Source: an uncultured Bacteroidaceae bacterium (lineage in GTDB: Bacteria > Bacteroidota > Bacteroidia > Bacteroidales > GCA-2748055). Taken from it: DNA of 63,864 nucleotides. Of this stretch, positions 47,828 to 58,521 are shown piece by piece. The stretch's first letter is position 1. Every line of letters starts with the position of its first letter. A model generated the notes under the pieces. That model was not told where the DNA came from and made no database searches. It worked only from the letters and a program-made list of their open reading frames with translations. Location of the stretch: assembly GCA_964563105.1 (NCBI GenBank), contig CAZLXM010000008.1:1-63864 (forward strand), written 5' to 3'. The translations under genes and the position numbers were made by a program.

Positions 47828-48331
47828 TCAGGCTGTAAGAATTCTATTATAAATAATTTCCGGTGAATGTTCTGTTTCTTCTAAAATTATTTCTGATTGT
47901 AAATACCATTTTTCTCTTTTTTCAAGGTTAATTTTAATATATTCCAAAAGACTCTCATTATCAAGTTTATTTAATAATGGGCGTTGTTTTGTTTCGCCTT
48001 TCAGCCTGTCGAATATTTTTTCAGGTGTTAGTTTCAAATATATTGTTATTCCAGTTTTCTTCATTAGTTCCATATTATTAAAGAAACAGGGTGTTCCTCC
48101 TCCGACAGCCATTATAAAGGATTTTTTCCTTAACATGCTTTGTAAAGCTTTTCTTTCTTCTTCTCTGAAAAAATCCTCCCCTTTTTTATTAAAAATATTA
48201 TTAATTGATTCACCTGTATTTTTAATAATTATTTCATCAAGATCAATAAATTCTATAGAAATCTTTTCGGCAAGTTTTTTCCCTAAAGTGGTTTTACCGG
48301 AACCCATAAATCCAATTAAAAATATTTTCAA
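47828..48331 (-). CDS. aroK: Shikimate kinase
   Basis: Motifs GFMGSGKTT, IDLD, GGGTPCF and RPLL. Confidence 0.93.
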   Translation of the reverse strand: MKIFLIGFMGSGKTTLGKKLAEKISIEFIDLDEIIIKNTGESINNIFNKKGEDFFREEERKALQSMLRKKSFIMAVGGGTPCFFNNMELMKKTGITIYLKLTPEKIFDRLKGETKQRPLLNKLDNESLLEYIKINLEKREKWYLQSEIILEETEHSPEIIYNRILTA

Positions 48332-48342
48332 GACAAATTATA

Positions 48343-50967
48343 TTATAAATCCAGAGCCATCTGGCCATTAGTCTTTATTGAAGATGTCGAAAGGCTTTCA
48401 GTTGACTCTTGAGGTGAAATTTCTTCTTTAACAATTGGCTCTAATTCATTTACTAAAGAAACTTCAAATTTTGTAAGCCTTTTCCCTTTTGCCCTAAAGC
48501 TCTTTATGCCAATAAATTCAGCTACTTCAATGATTTCAGATTTGCGTTCTTGATTTTTTCCTCCAAATTTCAATTCAAAACGAGGATAATCAACTTCAGT
48601 GATCCTTATTAATCTGGATTCATTATTTTCTCCGATAAAACTTTGTAATTTTTCAGATATCTCAAATTGAAATCGTTTAACATAATAATAATTTACATCG
48701 GCATCAAAATAAACAGCGGAAAACACTTTATCCTGTTTAAATTTTTCAATTAACAGAACATTGTCTTCAAAATGATTGCTAAGGTCAAAGTTGCTTGTTC
48801 TAAAAGACCCTGAACGGGTAACAATAAGGATCATATCGGAACCACCAAATTCTCCAAGACAAATTCCTCTGCCATCTGCATTGAGCCGTGCTACATATTC
48901 ATCCCACCATATTTTTCTTCCTCCGAGGGTTGAGACTCCTTTTTCAAGCATTACAATTTTATGTACTGCATGTTTTGTAAGAATATTTCCAATTGAAGAT
49001 TTATTTTTAATAGCAAGTTCACTAAAATCCATTTCCAACACCAGATTTTTCAATCTGGGTTTTGGTTTAAGAAATATTTTTACAACCTCTGCTTCACCGT
49101 TTGGATTAGCACTGAAATAAAGAATTTTAGAATTTTTGTGCTCCTTAATAAAAGAATATTCTTTATCTCTTGTAATTCCGGTAACGGAAGAACGCTTCAT
49201 AAGTGTATGTCCGGTTTTCCCGTCATAATAAATCACATTATATACAGTTCGCGCATCATTTCTTTTATATACATTAATATAAAGGATATTCTTACCTGCA
49301 AATACTTTTTCAGCAACTTTTGTAATAATGAATTTTCCATCTTTTCTGAAAACAATAATTTCATCCAGATCTGAACAATCACATACAAACTCATCTTTTT
49401 TTAATAATGTCCCAAAAAATCCTTCTTCCCGGTTCACATAAAGTTTAACATTTGCAGCAGCAACCTTAGCAGCCTTAATTGTATCAAAACTTCTAATTTC
49501 TGTTTTTCTCTCCTTATTTTCTCCGTATTTTTTCTTAATCTGCCTGAAATAATTTATAGTAAAAGGGACAATATTTGACAGATGATTGTTTACTTCCTCA
49601 ATTTCACTTTCAATCATGCGTATTTTATCATCTGCTTTTCTTGAATCATATTTTGAAATTCTTTTAATCTGTATTTCTGTGAGTTTTGTAATATCATCTT
49701 TTGTTACTTCTCTATGTAGAAGTTTTTTATAAGGCTCCAATCCATTATCTATTGTTTGGATAATTTCTTCCCAGGTCTCACAATCTTCAATCAGGATATA
49801 TATTCTTTTTTCTATAAAGATTCTTTCCAATGAAGAAAAATGCCACTCTTCTTCAAGTTCAGCCAGCCGTATCTTTAATTCCAGCTGAAGAAGATGCAGG
49901 GTATGATCAGCAGATCTTTGAAGCACATCACTAATAGTGGTAAAAACGGGTTTATTATTGTCAATCACACAACAATTAACTGATACAGGAACTTCACACT
50001 CTGTAAATGCATAGAGCGCATCAATAGTTTTATCAGGGTTTACACCCGGGAATAAATGAATTACAATTTCTACCTTTTCTGCAGTATTATCATCAATTTT
50101 TCTAATCTTTATTTTTCCTTTTTCATTGGCTTTTAATATAGACTCAATTATTGAACCGGTAGTTTTACCATAAGGGATTTCCCTGATCACCAATGTTTTT
50201 TTATCTATATTTTCAATTTTAGCCCTGATACGTACTGATCCACTTCTTGCACCGTCATTATATTTTGCTACTTCAATGTAGCCTCCGCCGGGAAAATCAG
50301 GGTATAATTGAAACGTTTTGCCTTGCAGGTATGCAATACTTGCATCAATAAGTTCAATAAAATTATGTGGCAATATTTTTGAAGAGAGTCCAACTGCAAT
50401 TCCTTCAGCACCCTGTGCAAGAAGAAGGGGAAACTTAACCGGCAGGGCCACAGGTTCCTTATTCCTGCCGTCATATGAAAGCTTCCATTCTGTAATTTTA
50501 GGATTAAAAACAACCTGAAGTGCAAATTTTGACAATCTTGCTTCAATATATCTTGGAGCTGCTGCATCATCTCCGGTATTTATATTGCCCCAATTTCCCT
50601 GTGTATCTATAAGCAATTCTTTTTGTCCGATCTGGACAAGTGCATCTCCTATCGAAGCGTCCCCATGGGGATGAAATTGCATTGTATGGCCAATGATATT
50701 AGCAACTTTATTAAAGCGTCCATCATCCAGTCTTCGCATAGAATGTAGAATGCGCCTTTGTACAGGTTTCAGGCCATCAGCCATATCAGGAACAGCCCTT
50801 TCAAGTATAACATAAGAAGCATAATCAAGAAACCAGTCCTGATACATTCCCGACAAATTAATCCTTCTTGATATAACTTCATCTTCCCCGGTCCCTCCGT
50901 TATCAAAAGTAGAATCAAAAAAATCCTGCTCATCATAACCAGATGTCGTACCAATTTCTTCACTCAT
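48343..50967 (-). CDS. parC: DNA topoisomerase IV subunit A
   Basis: Motifs DGLKPVQRR, HPHGDASI and catalytic AAAPRYIE; Bacteroidota ParC-type C-terminus; follows parE. Confidence 0.93.
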   Translation of the reverse strand: MSEEIGTTSGYDEQDFFDSTFDNGGTGEDEVISRRINLSGMYQDWFLDYASYVILERAVPDMADGLKPVQRRILHSMRRLDDGRFNKVANIIGHTMQFHPHGDASIGDALVQIGQKELLIDTQGNWGNINTGDDAAAPRYIEARLSKFALQVVFNPKITEWKLSYDGRNKEPVALPVKFPLLLAQGAEGIAVGLSSKILPHNFIELIDASIAYLQGKTFQLYPDFPGGGYIEVAKYNDGARSGSVRIRAKIENIDKKTLVIREIPYGKTTGSIIESILKANEKGKIKIRKIDDNTAEKVEIVIHLFPGVNPDKTIDALYAFTECEVPVSVNCCVIDNNKPVFTTISDVLQRSADHTLHLLQLELKIRLAELEEEWHFSSLERIFIEKRIYILIEDCETWEEIIQTIDNGLEPYKKLLHREVTKDDITKLTEIQIKRISKYDSRKADDKIRMIESEIEEVNNHLSNIVPFTINYFRQIKKKYGENKERKTEIRSFDTIKAAKVAAANVKLYVNREEGFFGTLLKKDEFVCDCSDLDEIIVFRKDGKFIITKVAEKVFAGKNILYINVYKRNDARTVYNVIYYDGKTGHTLMKRSSVTGITRDKEYSFIKEHKNSKILYFSANPNGEAEVVKIFLKPKPRLKNLVLEMDFSELAIKNKSSIGNILTKHAVHKIVMLEKGVSTLGGRKIWWDEYVARLNADGRGICLGEFGGSDMILIVTRSGSFRTSNFDLSNHFEDNVLLIEKFKQDKVFSAVYFDADVNYYYVKRFQFEISEKLQSFIGENNESRLIRITEVDYPRFELKFGGKNQERKSEIIEVAEFIGIKSFRAKGKRLTKFEVSLVNELEPIVKEEISPQESTESLSTSSIKTNGQMALDL

Positions 50968-50987
50968 GACTAAGCAACATTAATTCA

Positions 50988-52865
50988 TTAAACCTCAGCC
51001 TCTTGCATTACTCCGGTAATTGCTGTTTCAATGTCAACCACATCTTCTTCAAGTTTCAGATTATCAATAATAAAATCCTGTCTTTCAGGAGTGTTTTTGC
51101 CCATATAAAATTCAAGGATATCATGTATAGAATCATCTTTATGCAAACGAACAGGTTCAAGCCTGATATCTTTTCCTATAAAATATTTAAATTCATCAGG
51201 AGAGATTTCACCTAAACCTTTAAAACGTGTAATTTCAGTATTCTTACCTAACTTGGCAACTGCTTCTGATTTTTCTCTTTCTGAATAGCAATAAATAGTT
51301 TTTACTTTATTCCTGACCCTGAATAATGGCGTTTTTAGAATATATAAATGACCTTTTCTAACGAGATTGGGAAAAAACTGCAAAAAGAAAGTAATTAACA
51401 GAAGCCTGATATGCATTCCATCCACGTCAGCGTCAGTTGCAATTATAACATGTTTATATCGAAGGCTATCCAACCCTTCTTCGATATTTAGAGCGGCCTG
51501 TAAAAGGTTAAACTCCTCATTTTCATAAACAATTAATTTTGTGAGCCCATAAGTATTTAAGGGTTTGCCTTTAAGGCTAAAAACAGCCTGAGTATTTACA
51601 TCTCTTGATTTTGTAATAGAACCACTCGCAGAATCACCCTCAGTAATAAAGATCATGGATTCATCTTTTCTTTCATCTGAAGAATTATAATGTATGCGGC
51701 AATCGCGTAATTTTTTGTTATGTAAATTTGCCTTTCTTGATCTCTCCCGTGCAAGTTTCTGGACACCTGAAATGGCTCTTCTCTCTTTCTCAGATTCCTG
51801 TATTTTTTTTAATAATGAAGATGCAGTGTCAGGGTGCTTATGTAAATAATCATCCAGCTTAGTAGTGAGGAAATTCATAATAAAATTCCTTACTGAAGGT
51901 CCTTCCGGCCCCATATCTTTTGATCCTAATTTCGTTTTTGTCTGGGATTCAAAAACGGGTTCTTCGATCTTCACACTTAGCGCAGCAACAATTGAAGATC
52001 TTATATCTGAAGGATCAAAATCTTTTTTATAAAAATCACGAACTGTTTTTACTATCGCTTCCCGGAATGCCACCAGATGGGTTCCGCCCTGCGTGGTATG
52101 TTGTCCGTTAACAAAACTATAATATTCTTCACCATATTGATTCCCATGTGTAAATGCGACTTCAATATCATGATTTTTTAAATGGATTACAGGATAAAGA
52201 CTTTCTTCATTCAAATTGTCGGTAAGAAGATCAAATAATCCGTTTTTAGATATATATTTTTCTCCGTTATATACTATGGTAAGGCCTGCATTGAGATATA
52301 CGTAGTTTTTAATCAATGCTTCAACATAATCGGAAATAAAATGAAAGCGGCCAAACATTGTCTCGTCGGGAGTGAAAATAACTTTTGTCCCATTTGCCCT
52401 CCTCTGGTTTTCATGAGTACTTTCTGTGATAAGCTCCCCTCTTTCGAAAAATGCTTCACGTAATGAATTATCCCGAACTGACTGAATATGAAATTTTGAA
52501 GAAAGAGCATTAACAGCTTTGATCCCAACCCCATTCAAACCAACTGACTTTTTAAATACTTTTGAATCATATTTGGCACCTGTATTCATTTTTGAGGCTA
52601 CATCAATAAGTTTTCCCAAAGGTATGCCCCTTCCATAATCACATACAGTAACCTGCCTGTCATCAATAATTAATTCAATAGTTTTACCAAAACCCATCAT
52701 ATATTCATCCACCGAATTATCCAGAACCTCTTTAATCAAAACATATATCCCATCATCCGGTGAAGAACCATCTCCCAACTTTCCAATATACATTCCGGGC
52801 CTTTTACGAATATGTTCTTTCCAATCTAAAGTTCTGATAGTTTCCTCTGAATAAGTAACACTCAT
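50988..52865 (-). CDS. parE: DNA topoisomerase IV subunit B; start placed at MSVTYSEE
   Basis: Motifs [30 protein letters not shown] and TDADVDG. The -7 box at 52884-52891 lies inside the longer ORF-track prediction, which argues for the ATG at 52865. Confidence 0.93.
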   Translation of the reverse strand: MSVTYSEETIRTLDWKEHIRKRPGMYIGKLGDGSSPDDGIYVLIKEVLDNSVDEYMMGFGKTIELIIDDRQVTVCDYGRGIPLGKLIDVASKMNTGAKYDSKVFKKSVGLNGVGIKAVNALSSKFHIQSVRDNSLREAFFERGELITESTHENQRRANGTKVIFTPDETMFGRFHFISDYVEALIKNYVYLNAGLTIVYNGEKYISKNGLFDLLTDNLNEESLYPVIHLKNHDIEVAFTHGNQYGEEYYSFVNGQHTTQGGTHLVAFREAIVKTVRDFYKKDFDPSDIRSSIVAALSVKIEEPVFESQTKTKLGSKDMGPEGPSVRNFIMNFLTTKLDDYLHKHPDTASSLLKKIQESEKERRAISGVQKLARERSRKANLHNKKLRDCRIHYNSSDERKDESMIFITEGDSASGSITKSRDVNTQAVFSLKGKPLNTYGLTKLIVYENEEFNLLQAALNIEEGLDSLRYKHVIIATDADVDGMHIRLLLITFFLQFFPNLVRKGHLYILKTPLFRVRNKVKTIYCYSEREKSEAVAKLGKNTEITRFKGLGEISPDEFKYFIGKDIRLEPVRLHKDDSIHDILEFYMGKNTPERQDFIIDNLKLEEDVVDIETAITGVMQEAEV

Positions 52866-52883
52866 AATCCTATAAAATTTGTG

Positions 52884-52891
52884 CAAATATA
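52884..52891 (-). promoter_or_regulatory. -7 element (TATATTTG-C) for parE-parC-aroK
   Basis: Canonical TAnnTTTGC 18 nt upstream of the ATG at 52865. Confidence 0.65.
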
Positions 52892-53181
52892 AATAAAACA
52901 AAGGCAGGGGGAATATTTGTTTTTCAACAGGGAATTAACATACAGGCATTTTTATTTGACAGATCAGCTATTATTTTAAGCAGATAACCAGAAATTTAAC
53001 ATAAGATGCCACCCCTATAAATTTACTTAAACTTCTGATTATTGCCGTTTTCCGTTTTTTTTATAAATATTTTAACTTAACCATTGTTTTTCAATTCATT
53101 TCAGCTGTTTTACTGTTGATAATTTATTTTTTTAAACAATAAAGAATACAAATAATTAGACTGATTATAACAAAATATTAA

Positions 53182-53937
53182 CTACTGCATTTTCTCTGAT
53201 TCAGTATTTACAATATCATAAATCATAGAAGAGGTTTCTTTAACTGTAAGATCTTTATAATTATCATACGGAACAGGTTCAAGTACCCTAAGTATTAATT
53301 TCTGTTTTTTTCTAATCATCCATCCTTTTTTAGGGATAGCTGCAGAAGTACCATATATAACCATTGGCAGAATTGGCACTTTAGCTTCATGGGCCAGCAA
53401 AAATGCACCATCTTTAAATCTTCCCATTTTATGGCTGCGCGATCTTGTCCCCTCCGGAAACAAAATTATAGAATTACCTGAATTCAATTCTGTTAATGCC
53501 CGGGAAGCAAATTTTAAATAAGCATCATGAGCTCCTCTGTAAACAGGTATTGAATTATTGAAAGAAAGAACCCAGCCTACAAATGGAAGTTTAAAATTTT
53601 CAACTTTTGAAGTCCATTTAAAATATTTAAAAAGACTGTAAATCACGACTATATCAACAAGACTCTGGTGGTTACAAACTATTATATGTGCCACACGGTC
53701 ATTAAAACGTTCTTTATTTTCTATTTTCAGCGACCAGAAAGGATTTACCCATATATACTGAGCACCCCAAAAACATGAGAATTTATGAAGAAGCTTCAAT
53801 TGAGGATCAAAAGGGGCACTAATATAGCGTATAATGATCAAAAACGGGGTTAAAATTATTGAGGAAACAATAAAATGTATCCATAGAAAAATAGAAAGAA
53901 TTCCTGTACCTAAAGTATTAAAAAATCTTTTAACCAT
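53182..53937 (-). CDS. plsC: 1-acyl-sn-glycerol-3-phosphate acyltransferase (PlsC family)
   Basis: Motifs NHQSLVD and LFPEGTRS. Confidence 0.85.
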   Translation of the reverse strand: MVKRFFNTLGTGILSIFLWIHFIVSSIILTPFLIIIRYISAPFDPQLKLLHKFSCFWGAQYIWVNPFWSLKIENKERFNDRVAHIIVCNHQSLVDIVVIYSLFKYFKWTSKVENFKLPFVGWVLSFNNSIPVYRGAHDAYLKFASRALTELNSGNSIILFPEGTRSRSHKMGRFKDGAFLLAHEAKVPILPMVIYGTSAAIPKKGWMIRKKQKLILRVLEPVPYDNYKDLTVKETSSMIYDIVNTESEKMQ

Positions 53938-53972
53938 AGATTAACTAATGTAAATTTTTAAATAATTGACAG

Positions 53973-53980
53973 CAAAAGTA
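53973..53980 (-). promoter_or_regulatory. -7 element (TACTTTTG-C) for plsC
   Basis: Canonical TAnnTTTGC 35 nt upstream of the start. Confidence 0.6.
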
Positions 53981-54313
53981 AAATACTTTAAGGGAAGATC
54001 ATTAGTTTGATGGAACTAAAAAAAATAATAATATCTTAACTACTAATAATAAATATTTTATAAAATTATTTTATTTGCTCTTTAACAAAATGGCAGTTGA
54101 AATTGTTTAAATTTCCGGATAGAAATACATGATTAAAACATTACAGTTATCGTATGACGACATAAAATTTAGTTTTAAATAAATATCTTGTTTTTCTAAA
54201 TTTAAAATTATGGATTAGTATAGTTTTTTAATAAAACATTAATACATAACATGATGATATAAACTTTTCAGTTAAGTATTTATTATTTATCAATTTTTAT
54301 TTTGACAAGTATT

Positions 54314-55294
54314 ATGCTTTGTATCCAATACCCAAATCTTGACCCATATTTTAACCTGGCGGCAGAAGAATATGTATTAAAAAATTTCAGTGAAGATTGC
54401 TTTATGCTATGGAGGAATGAGCCATCCATAATTATCGGAAAGCATCAAAATACGCTTTCTGAAATAAATCTGGAATATGTTAAAGCAAATAATATTAAGG
54501 TGGTCCGGAGGCTTTCCGGAGGAGGGGCAGTATTCCATGATCCCGGGAATCTGAATTTTACTTTTATTGAAAATGGAGAAGACGGAAATCTGGTTGATTT
54601 CAGAAAATTTACTGAACCGATACTTGATGTTCTGAGAAAATTAAATATTGATGCCAAATTTGAAGGAAGAAACGATCTGACTATTGATGGTAAAAAATTT
54701 TCGGGTAATGCTGAACATGTATGGAAAAACAGAGTTTTACATCATGGAACACTTTTGTTTTCGGCAGAGATGTCAGACCTCTCTAAGGCACTAAAAGTAA
54801 ATCCTTTAAAGTTTAAGGATAAATCGGTGCAATCAATTCGTTCCAGGGTAACTAATATTTCCGAACATTTAAAAGAAGAGATGGATATATTATCTTTCAG
54901 CAGGCTAATAATGGGCCATATAATGGAAAAGTATCCACAAGCCAGGCTATATGAATATAACCTTAAAGATATAACTGCAATCAATACTTTAAAAACCGAT
55001 AAATATTCGCGTTGGGACTGGAATTTTGGTTATTCTCCAAAATATCAGTTTCAAAAACTGGTAAGAACAAAAGGGGGGAATCTGGATATACATATTAATG
55101 CGCAAAAAGGAATAATTGAAAATATCAAAATTTATGGTGATTTTTTTCACCGGTATGATATCGATATTGTGGAAGAATCACTTATTGGCATACGTCACGA
55201 TCCGGACGAAATAAGAAAATGCTTGTCAGAATTGGAAATTAATGATTATTTTAAGGATATTAAGGTTGACGAACTTATTATGGCTATGTTTTAG
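54314..55294 (+). CDS. lplA: Lipoate-protein ligase A; ATG 54314 preferred over TTG 54302
   Basis: Motifs FNLAAEE, VRRLSGGGAVFHD, GRNDL, KFSGNA and HHGTLLF. Confidence 0.93.
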   Translation: MLCIQYPNLDPYFNLAAEEYVLKNFSEDCFMLWRNEPSIIIGKHQNTLSEINLEYVKANNIKVVRRLSGGGAVFHDPGNLNFTFIENGEDGNLVDFRKFTEPILDVLRKLNIDAKFEGRNDLTIDGKKFSGNAEHVWKNRVLHHGTLLFSAEMSDLSKALKVNPLKFKDKSVQSIRSRVTNISEHLKEEMDILSFSRLIMGHIMEKYPQARLYEYNLKDITAINTLKTDKYSRWDWNFGYSPKYQFQKLVRTKGGNLDIHINAQKGIIENIKIYGDFFHRYDIDIVEESLIGIRHDPDEIRKCLSELEINDYFKDIKVDELIMAMF

Positions 55295-55301
55295 ATCATG
55301 G

Positions 55302-55904
55302 CTAGAAATCATTTTTTTGAACTTTAGCAAATTCTTTTTTCGGCTCTATTACTTTAAAAATAAAAAATTGATTGGCTTGATAAAAGCCATAACCAAGCAT
55401 CCACCCAAAAGCACCTCCGGCCAGAATATCAAATGGATAATGGACACCCAGATAAATTCTGCTATAACTAACCAGAATTATCCAGAACACCATAAAAATA
55501 GTAAAGCATTTTTTATTAAATACAGGTATTAAAAAAGATACGAAGGCAAAAGTATTTGATGCATGTGATGAAATAAACCCATATTTCCCTCCTCTGTAAC
55601 CATTTACAATATGAACAAGATTGTGGAAATCGGGATTATGAGAAGGCCTGTATCGTTCAAAAACATTTTTAAAAAGATGGACAGAACCCTGATCACTTGC
55701 GATAATCAATAATACAAGAAAGATTATATAAATCAATGATTTGGTCCTGTATTTATAAATCAGCCATCCCAGGATGGCTGCATATAAAGGGACCCACGTA
55801 AATTTAGCACTTATCTGCCACATTATTTTGTCAAAAAACGGATTATGTAAGCCATTTATGGCAAAAAAAATGTTCTCATCAATATATTGAAGAAAGTCAA
55901 GCAT
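55302..55904 (-). CDS. PAP2-family phosphatase
   Basis: Motifs K..F.R.RP, SSHASN and SRIYLGVHYPFD. Confidence 0.9.
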   Translation of the reverse strand: MLDFLQYIDENIFFAINGLHNPFFDKIMWQISAKFTWVPLYAAILGWLIYKYRTKSLIYIIFLVLLIIASDQGSVHLFKNVFERYRPSHNPDFHNLVHIVNGYRGGKYGFISSHASNTFAFVSFLIPVFNKKCFTIFMVFWIILVSYSRIYLGVHYPFDILAGGAFGWMLGYGFYQANQFFIFKVIEPKKEFAKVQKNDF

Positions 55905-55909
55905 ATTTT

Positions 55910-56896
55910 TTAAGTAAGCATATTCCAGAGTTTATCCTTCAGTTCCCTGATCCCTGCGCCGGTGAAAGAAGAAATAAATACATAAGGCAGGTCGGGAAGA
56001 TCTTTTTGCATTTCTGCCATTAGTTCCATATCTAAAAGGTCAGATTTAGTTATTGCAAGCAACCTTTTTTTATCGAGGAGATCCGGATTATATAATTTTA
56101 ATTCATTTAAGAGGATCTCATAATCTTCATTAATGTCCCGGGTATCGGCAGGGATCATAAACAAAAGTGTGGAATTCCTTTCAATATGCCTGAGAAACCT
56201 GGTACCAAGGCCCTTACCTTCACTCGCCCCTTCAATAAGTCCCGGAATATCAGCCATTATAAATGAATAGTGTTCCCTATAAGACACAATCCCAAGATTA
56301 GGGGTCAAGGTAGTAAACGGGTAATCTGCAATTTTTGGTTTGGCAGCTGATATAACAGATAATAAGGTTGATTTGCCGGCATTTGGAAATCCTACGAGGC
56401 CAACATCTGCCAGTAGTTTTAATTCCAGGATATTCCATCCTTCTTCCCCTGGTTCTCCTGGTTGAGCATATCTGGGAGTTTGGTTTACAGCAGACTTAAA
56501 ATGAATATTACCAAGTCCTCCTCTTCCGCCTTTCATCAGGATTTTCATTTCTTCATGCTGAGTGATTTCACAGATAAATTCACCTGTATTGCCATGTTTT
56601 GCAATGGTACCCAATGGCACCTCAATAATGGCATCTTTTCCGTCTGCTCCTGTCCTGCAGTTAGAACCCCCTTTTTCTCCCGGACTGGCGAAAATATGTT
56701 TTTGATATTTAAGATGTAAGAGCGTCCACAGATTTCGGTTTCCTTTAAGGACCACATGGCCCCCCCTGCCACCATCACCTCCATCAGGTCCGCCTTTAGG
56801 TATAAATTTTTCTCTTCGTAAATGTGCCGAACCGGCACCGCCATTACCTGAACGGGTAAAGATCTTAACATAATCAATGAAGTTTGAATCCGCCAT
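55910..56896 (-). CDS. obgE: GTPase ObgE
   Basis: Motifs [26 protein letters not shown] and DIPGLIEGA. Confidence 0.96.
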   Translation of the reverse strand: MADSNFIDYVKIFTRSGNGGAGSAHLRREKFIPKGGPDGGDGGRGGHVVLKGNRNLWTLLHLKYQKHIFASPGEKGGSNCRTGADGKDAIIEVPLGTIAKHGNTGEFICEITQHEEMKILMKGGRGGLGNIHFKSAVNQTPRYAQPGEPGEEGWNILELKLLADVGLVGFPNAGKSTLLSVISAAKPKIADYPFTTLTPNLGIVSYREHYSFIMADIPGLIEGASEGKGLGTRFLRHIERNSTLLFMIPADTRDINEDYEILLNELKLYNPDLLDKKRLLAITKSDLLDMELMAEMQKDLPDLPYVFISSFTGAGIRELKDKLWNMLT

Positions 56897-56914
56897 AGTG
56901 TAAAGATATCCGGA

Positions 56915-57490
56915 TTAACTCATGTATGTGTCAATTGTAAGGAAAATACTTTTTGATATATCAACAATATTTCCGGTCCCATTTATAGGTACATACTTGC
57001 CCTGAGCCCTGTAATAATTCATTACGGGTGTTGTCTGCTTATTATAGACATTAATTCTGTTCTCAATTGTTTCAAGATTATCATCAGCCCTGCCTGTTTC
57101 TTCACCTCTTAACAACAGTCTTTTTACCAGTTCCTCCTTCTCTACTTCTAATCCAAGCATCATATCAACTTTCATGTTACGAGATTCAAGAATTTTATCC
57201 AGAGCTTCAGCTTGTGCTACGGTACGCGGGAAACCATCAAAAATAAAGCCTTTCGCACACTTATTTGCATCCAGCTTATTAGCAATCATTAAAATTACAA
57301 TCTCATCAGATACCAATTCCCCCTTCTCCGTTATTGCTTTTGCTTTAAGTCCTAATTCAGTCCTGGCAGTAAGTTCTGCCCTAAGTATGTCTCCTGTGGA
57401 AAGATGTGTGAGATCAAATTTTTTGATAATATTCTCAGACTGTGTTCCTTTGCCTGAACCCGGAGGCCCAAATAATACAATATTTAACAT
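56915..57490 (-). CDS. adk: Adenylate kinase (short LID)
   Basis: Motifs GPPGSGKGTQ, STGDILR, DGFPRT and RADDN. Confidence 0.96.
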   Translation of the reverse strand: MLNIVLFGPPGSGKGTQSENIIKKFDLTHLSTGDILRAELTARTELGLKAKAITEKGELVSDEIVILMIANKLDANKCAKGFIFDGFPRTVAQAEALDKILESRNMKVDMMLGLEVEKEELVKRLLLRGEETGRADDNLETIENRINVYNKQTTPVMNYYRAQGKYVPINGTGNIVDISKSIFLTIDTYMS

Positions 57491-57697
57491 AGATTACTAT
57501 TTATTTTATTTTAAAATTATTAAATTATGCCTTAGGCGCCTATATTTTCAGAAATTTTACAAATTACCTAATTTAAAATAATACCTGTATTTAATATCTA
57601 ATTCTAATTCATACCAGAATCATGAACAGGACATCTATAATATTTTACAAATCAGCAGCCTGTTATTAAAAATTTATTACTAATATTTACTCAGCCA

Positions 57698-57705
57698 CAA
57701 AGATA
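57698..57705 (-). promoter_or_regulatory. -7 element (TATCTTTG) for adk-obgE-PAP2
   Basis: Canonical TAnnTTTG about 210 nt upstream of adk. Confidence 0.5.
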
Positions 57706-57941
57706 ATAATTAACACCAAAGACCTGTGGCAGTATACTATAAATATCCTTATAAGCCCTCTCATACTTAGTGTAATCAAGGTTTTGAGCTTACAAAAAAT
57801 TATCAGGGATTTTTAAGCTTGTTGATTTCTATATTAAAACTAACTGATTTTTGAATTTACATTCAAAAATTTAATTAAATCTTTTTAAATTTCCTGAAAT
57901 AATTCATAACAAAATCAAATAATTCAGCATTCATATTTTAT

Positions 57942-57949
57942 TATATTTG
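57942..57949 (+). promoter_or_regulatory. -7 element (TATATTTG) for purE
   Basis: TAnnTTTG match about 60 nt upstream of the ATG at 58009. Confidence 0.55.
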
Positions 57950-58008
57950 AAAAAATCTTTATTTGAAAGCAGTTTTTTACATAATTAACAGATTAAACAA
58001 TATAGACA

Positions 58009-58521
58009 ATGAATCCGAAGGTAAGTATTATCATGGGCAGCACATCAGATCTGCCGGTAATGAAAGAAGCAGCAGAGATTCTTGATGAACTTGAAATTCC
58101 TTTTGAAATTAATGCTTTATCAGCACACCGCACTCCTGAAAAAGTGATGGAGTTCGCTTTGGGAGCTTTTGATCGTGGTGTCAGGGTTATTATTGCAGGA
58201 GCCGGCGGAGCAGCACATTTACCCGGTGTACTTGCTGCCCTGACACCTCTTCCGGTAATAGGGGTTCCGATTAATGCATCAATTTCTATAGATGGTTGGG
58301 ACAGTATTCTAAGCATTTTACAGATGCCCCCGGGAATTCCGGTAGCAACAGTAGGCCTGGATAGTGCCAGGAATGCCGGTATACTTGCAGCACAGATCAT
58401 TGCAACCGGAGATGAAACAATATTAAAAAAAGTCATTAATTTTAAAAATGGACTAAAAAAGAAAATTATCCTGGCTAATGAAGAACTTAATAATGTTCAG
58501 TTTAAATATAAAACTAATTAA
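58009..58521 (+). CDS. purE: N5-carboxyaminoimidazole ribonucleotide mutase
   Basis: Motifs IMGSTSD, SAHRTP, AGAGGAAHLPG and MPPGIPVATV. Confidence 0.96.
   Translation: MNPKVSIIMGSTSDLPVMKEAAEILDELEIPFEINALSAHRTPEKVMEFALGAFDRGVRVIIAGAGGAAHLPGVLAALTPLPVIGVPINASISIDGWDSILSILQMPPGIPVATVGLDSARNAGILAAQIIATGDETILKKVINFKNGLKKKIILANEELNNVQFKYKTN

Noticed and set aside
50640-50680. Ala at the Ser83-equivalent position of the ParC QRDR (HPHGDASI)
   Set aside because: This is the normal Bacteroidota ParC sequence as I recall it, not an acquired resistance change
52866-52901. ORF-track N-terminal extension of parE ([12 protein letters not shown])
   Set aside because: It overlaps a canonical -7 promoter box, so the ATG at 52865 is the more plausible start
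57491-57690. Possible hpt remnant upstream of adk (fragment WYELELDIKYR on the minus strand)
   Set aside because: Similarity to the Hpt C-terminus is only a few residues, with stops nearby; indistinguishable from chance
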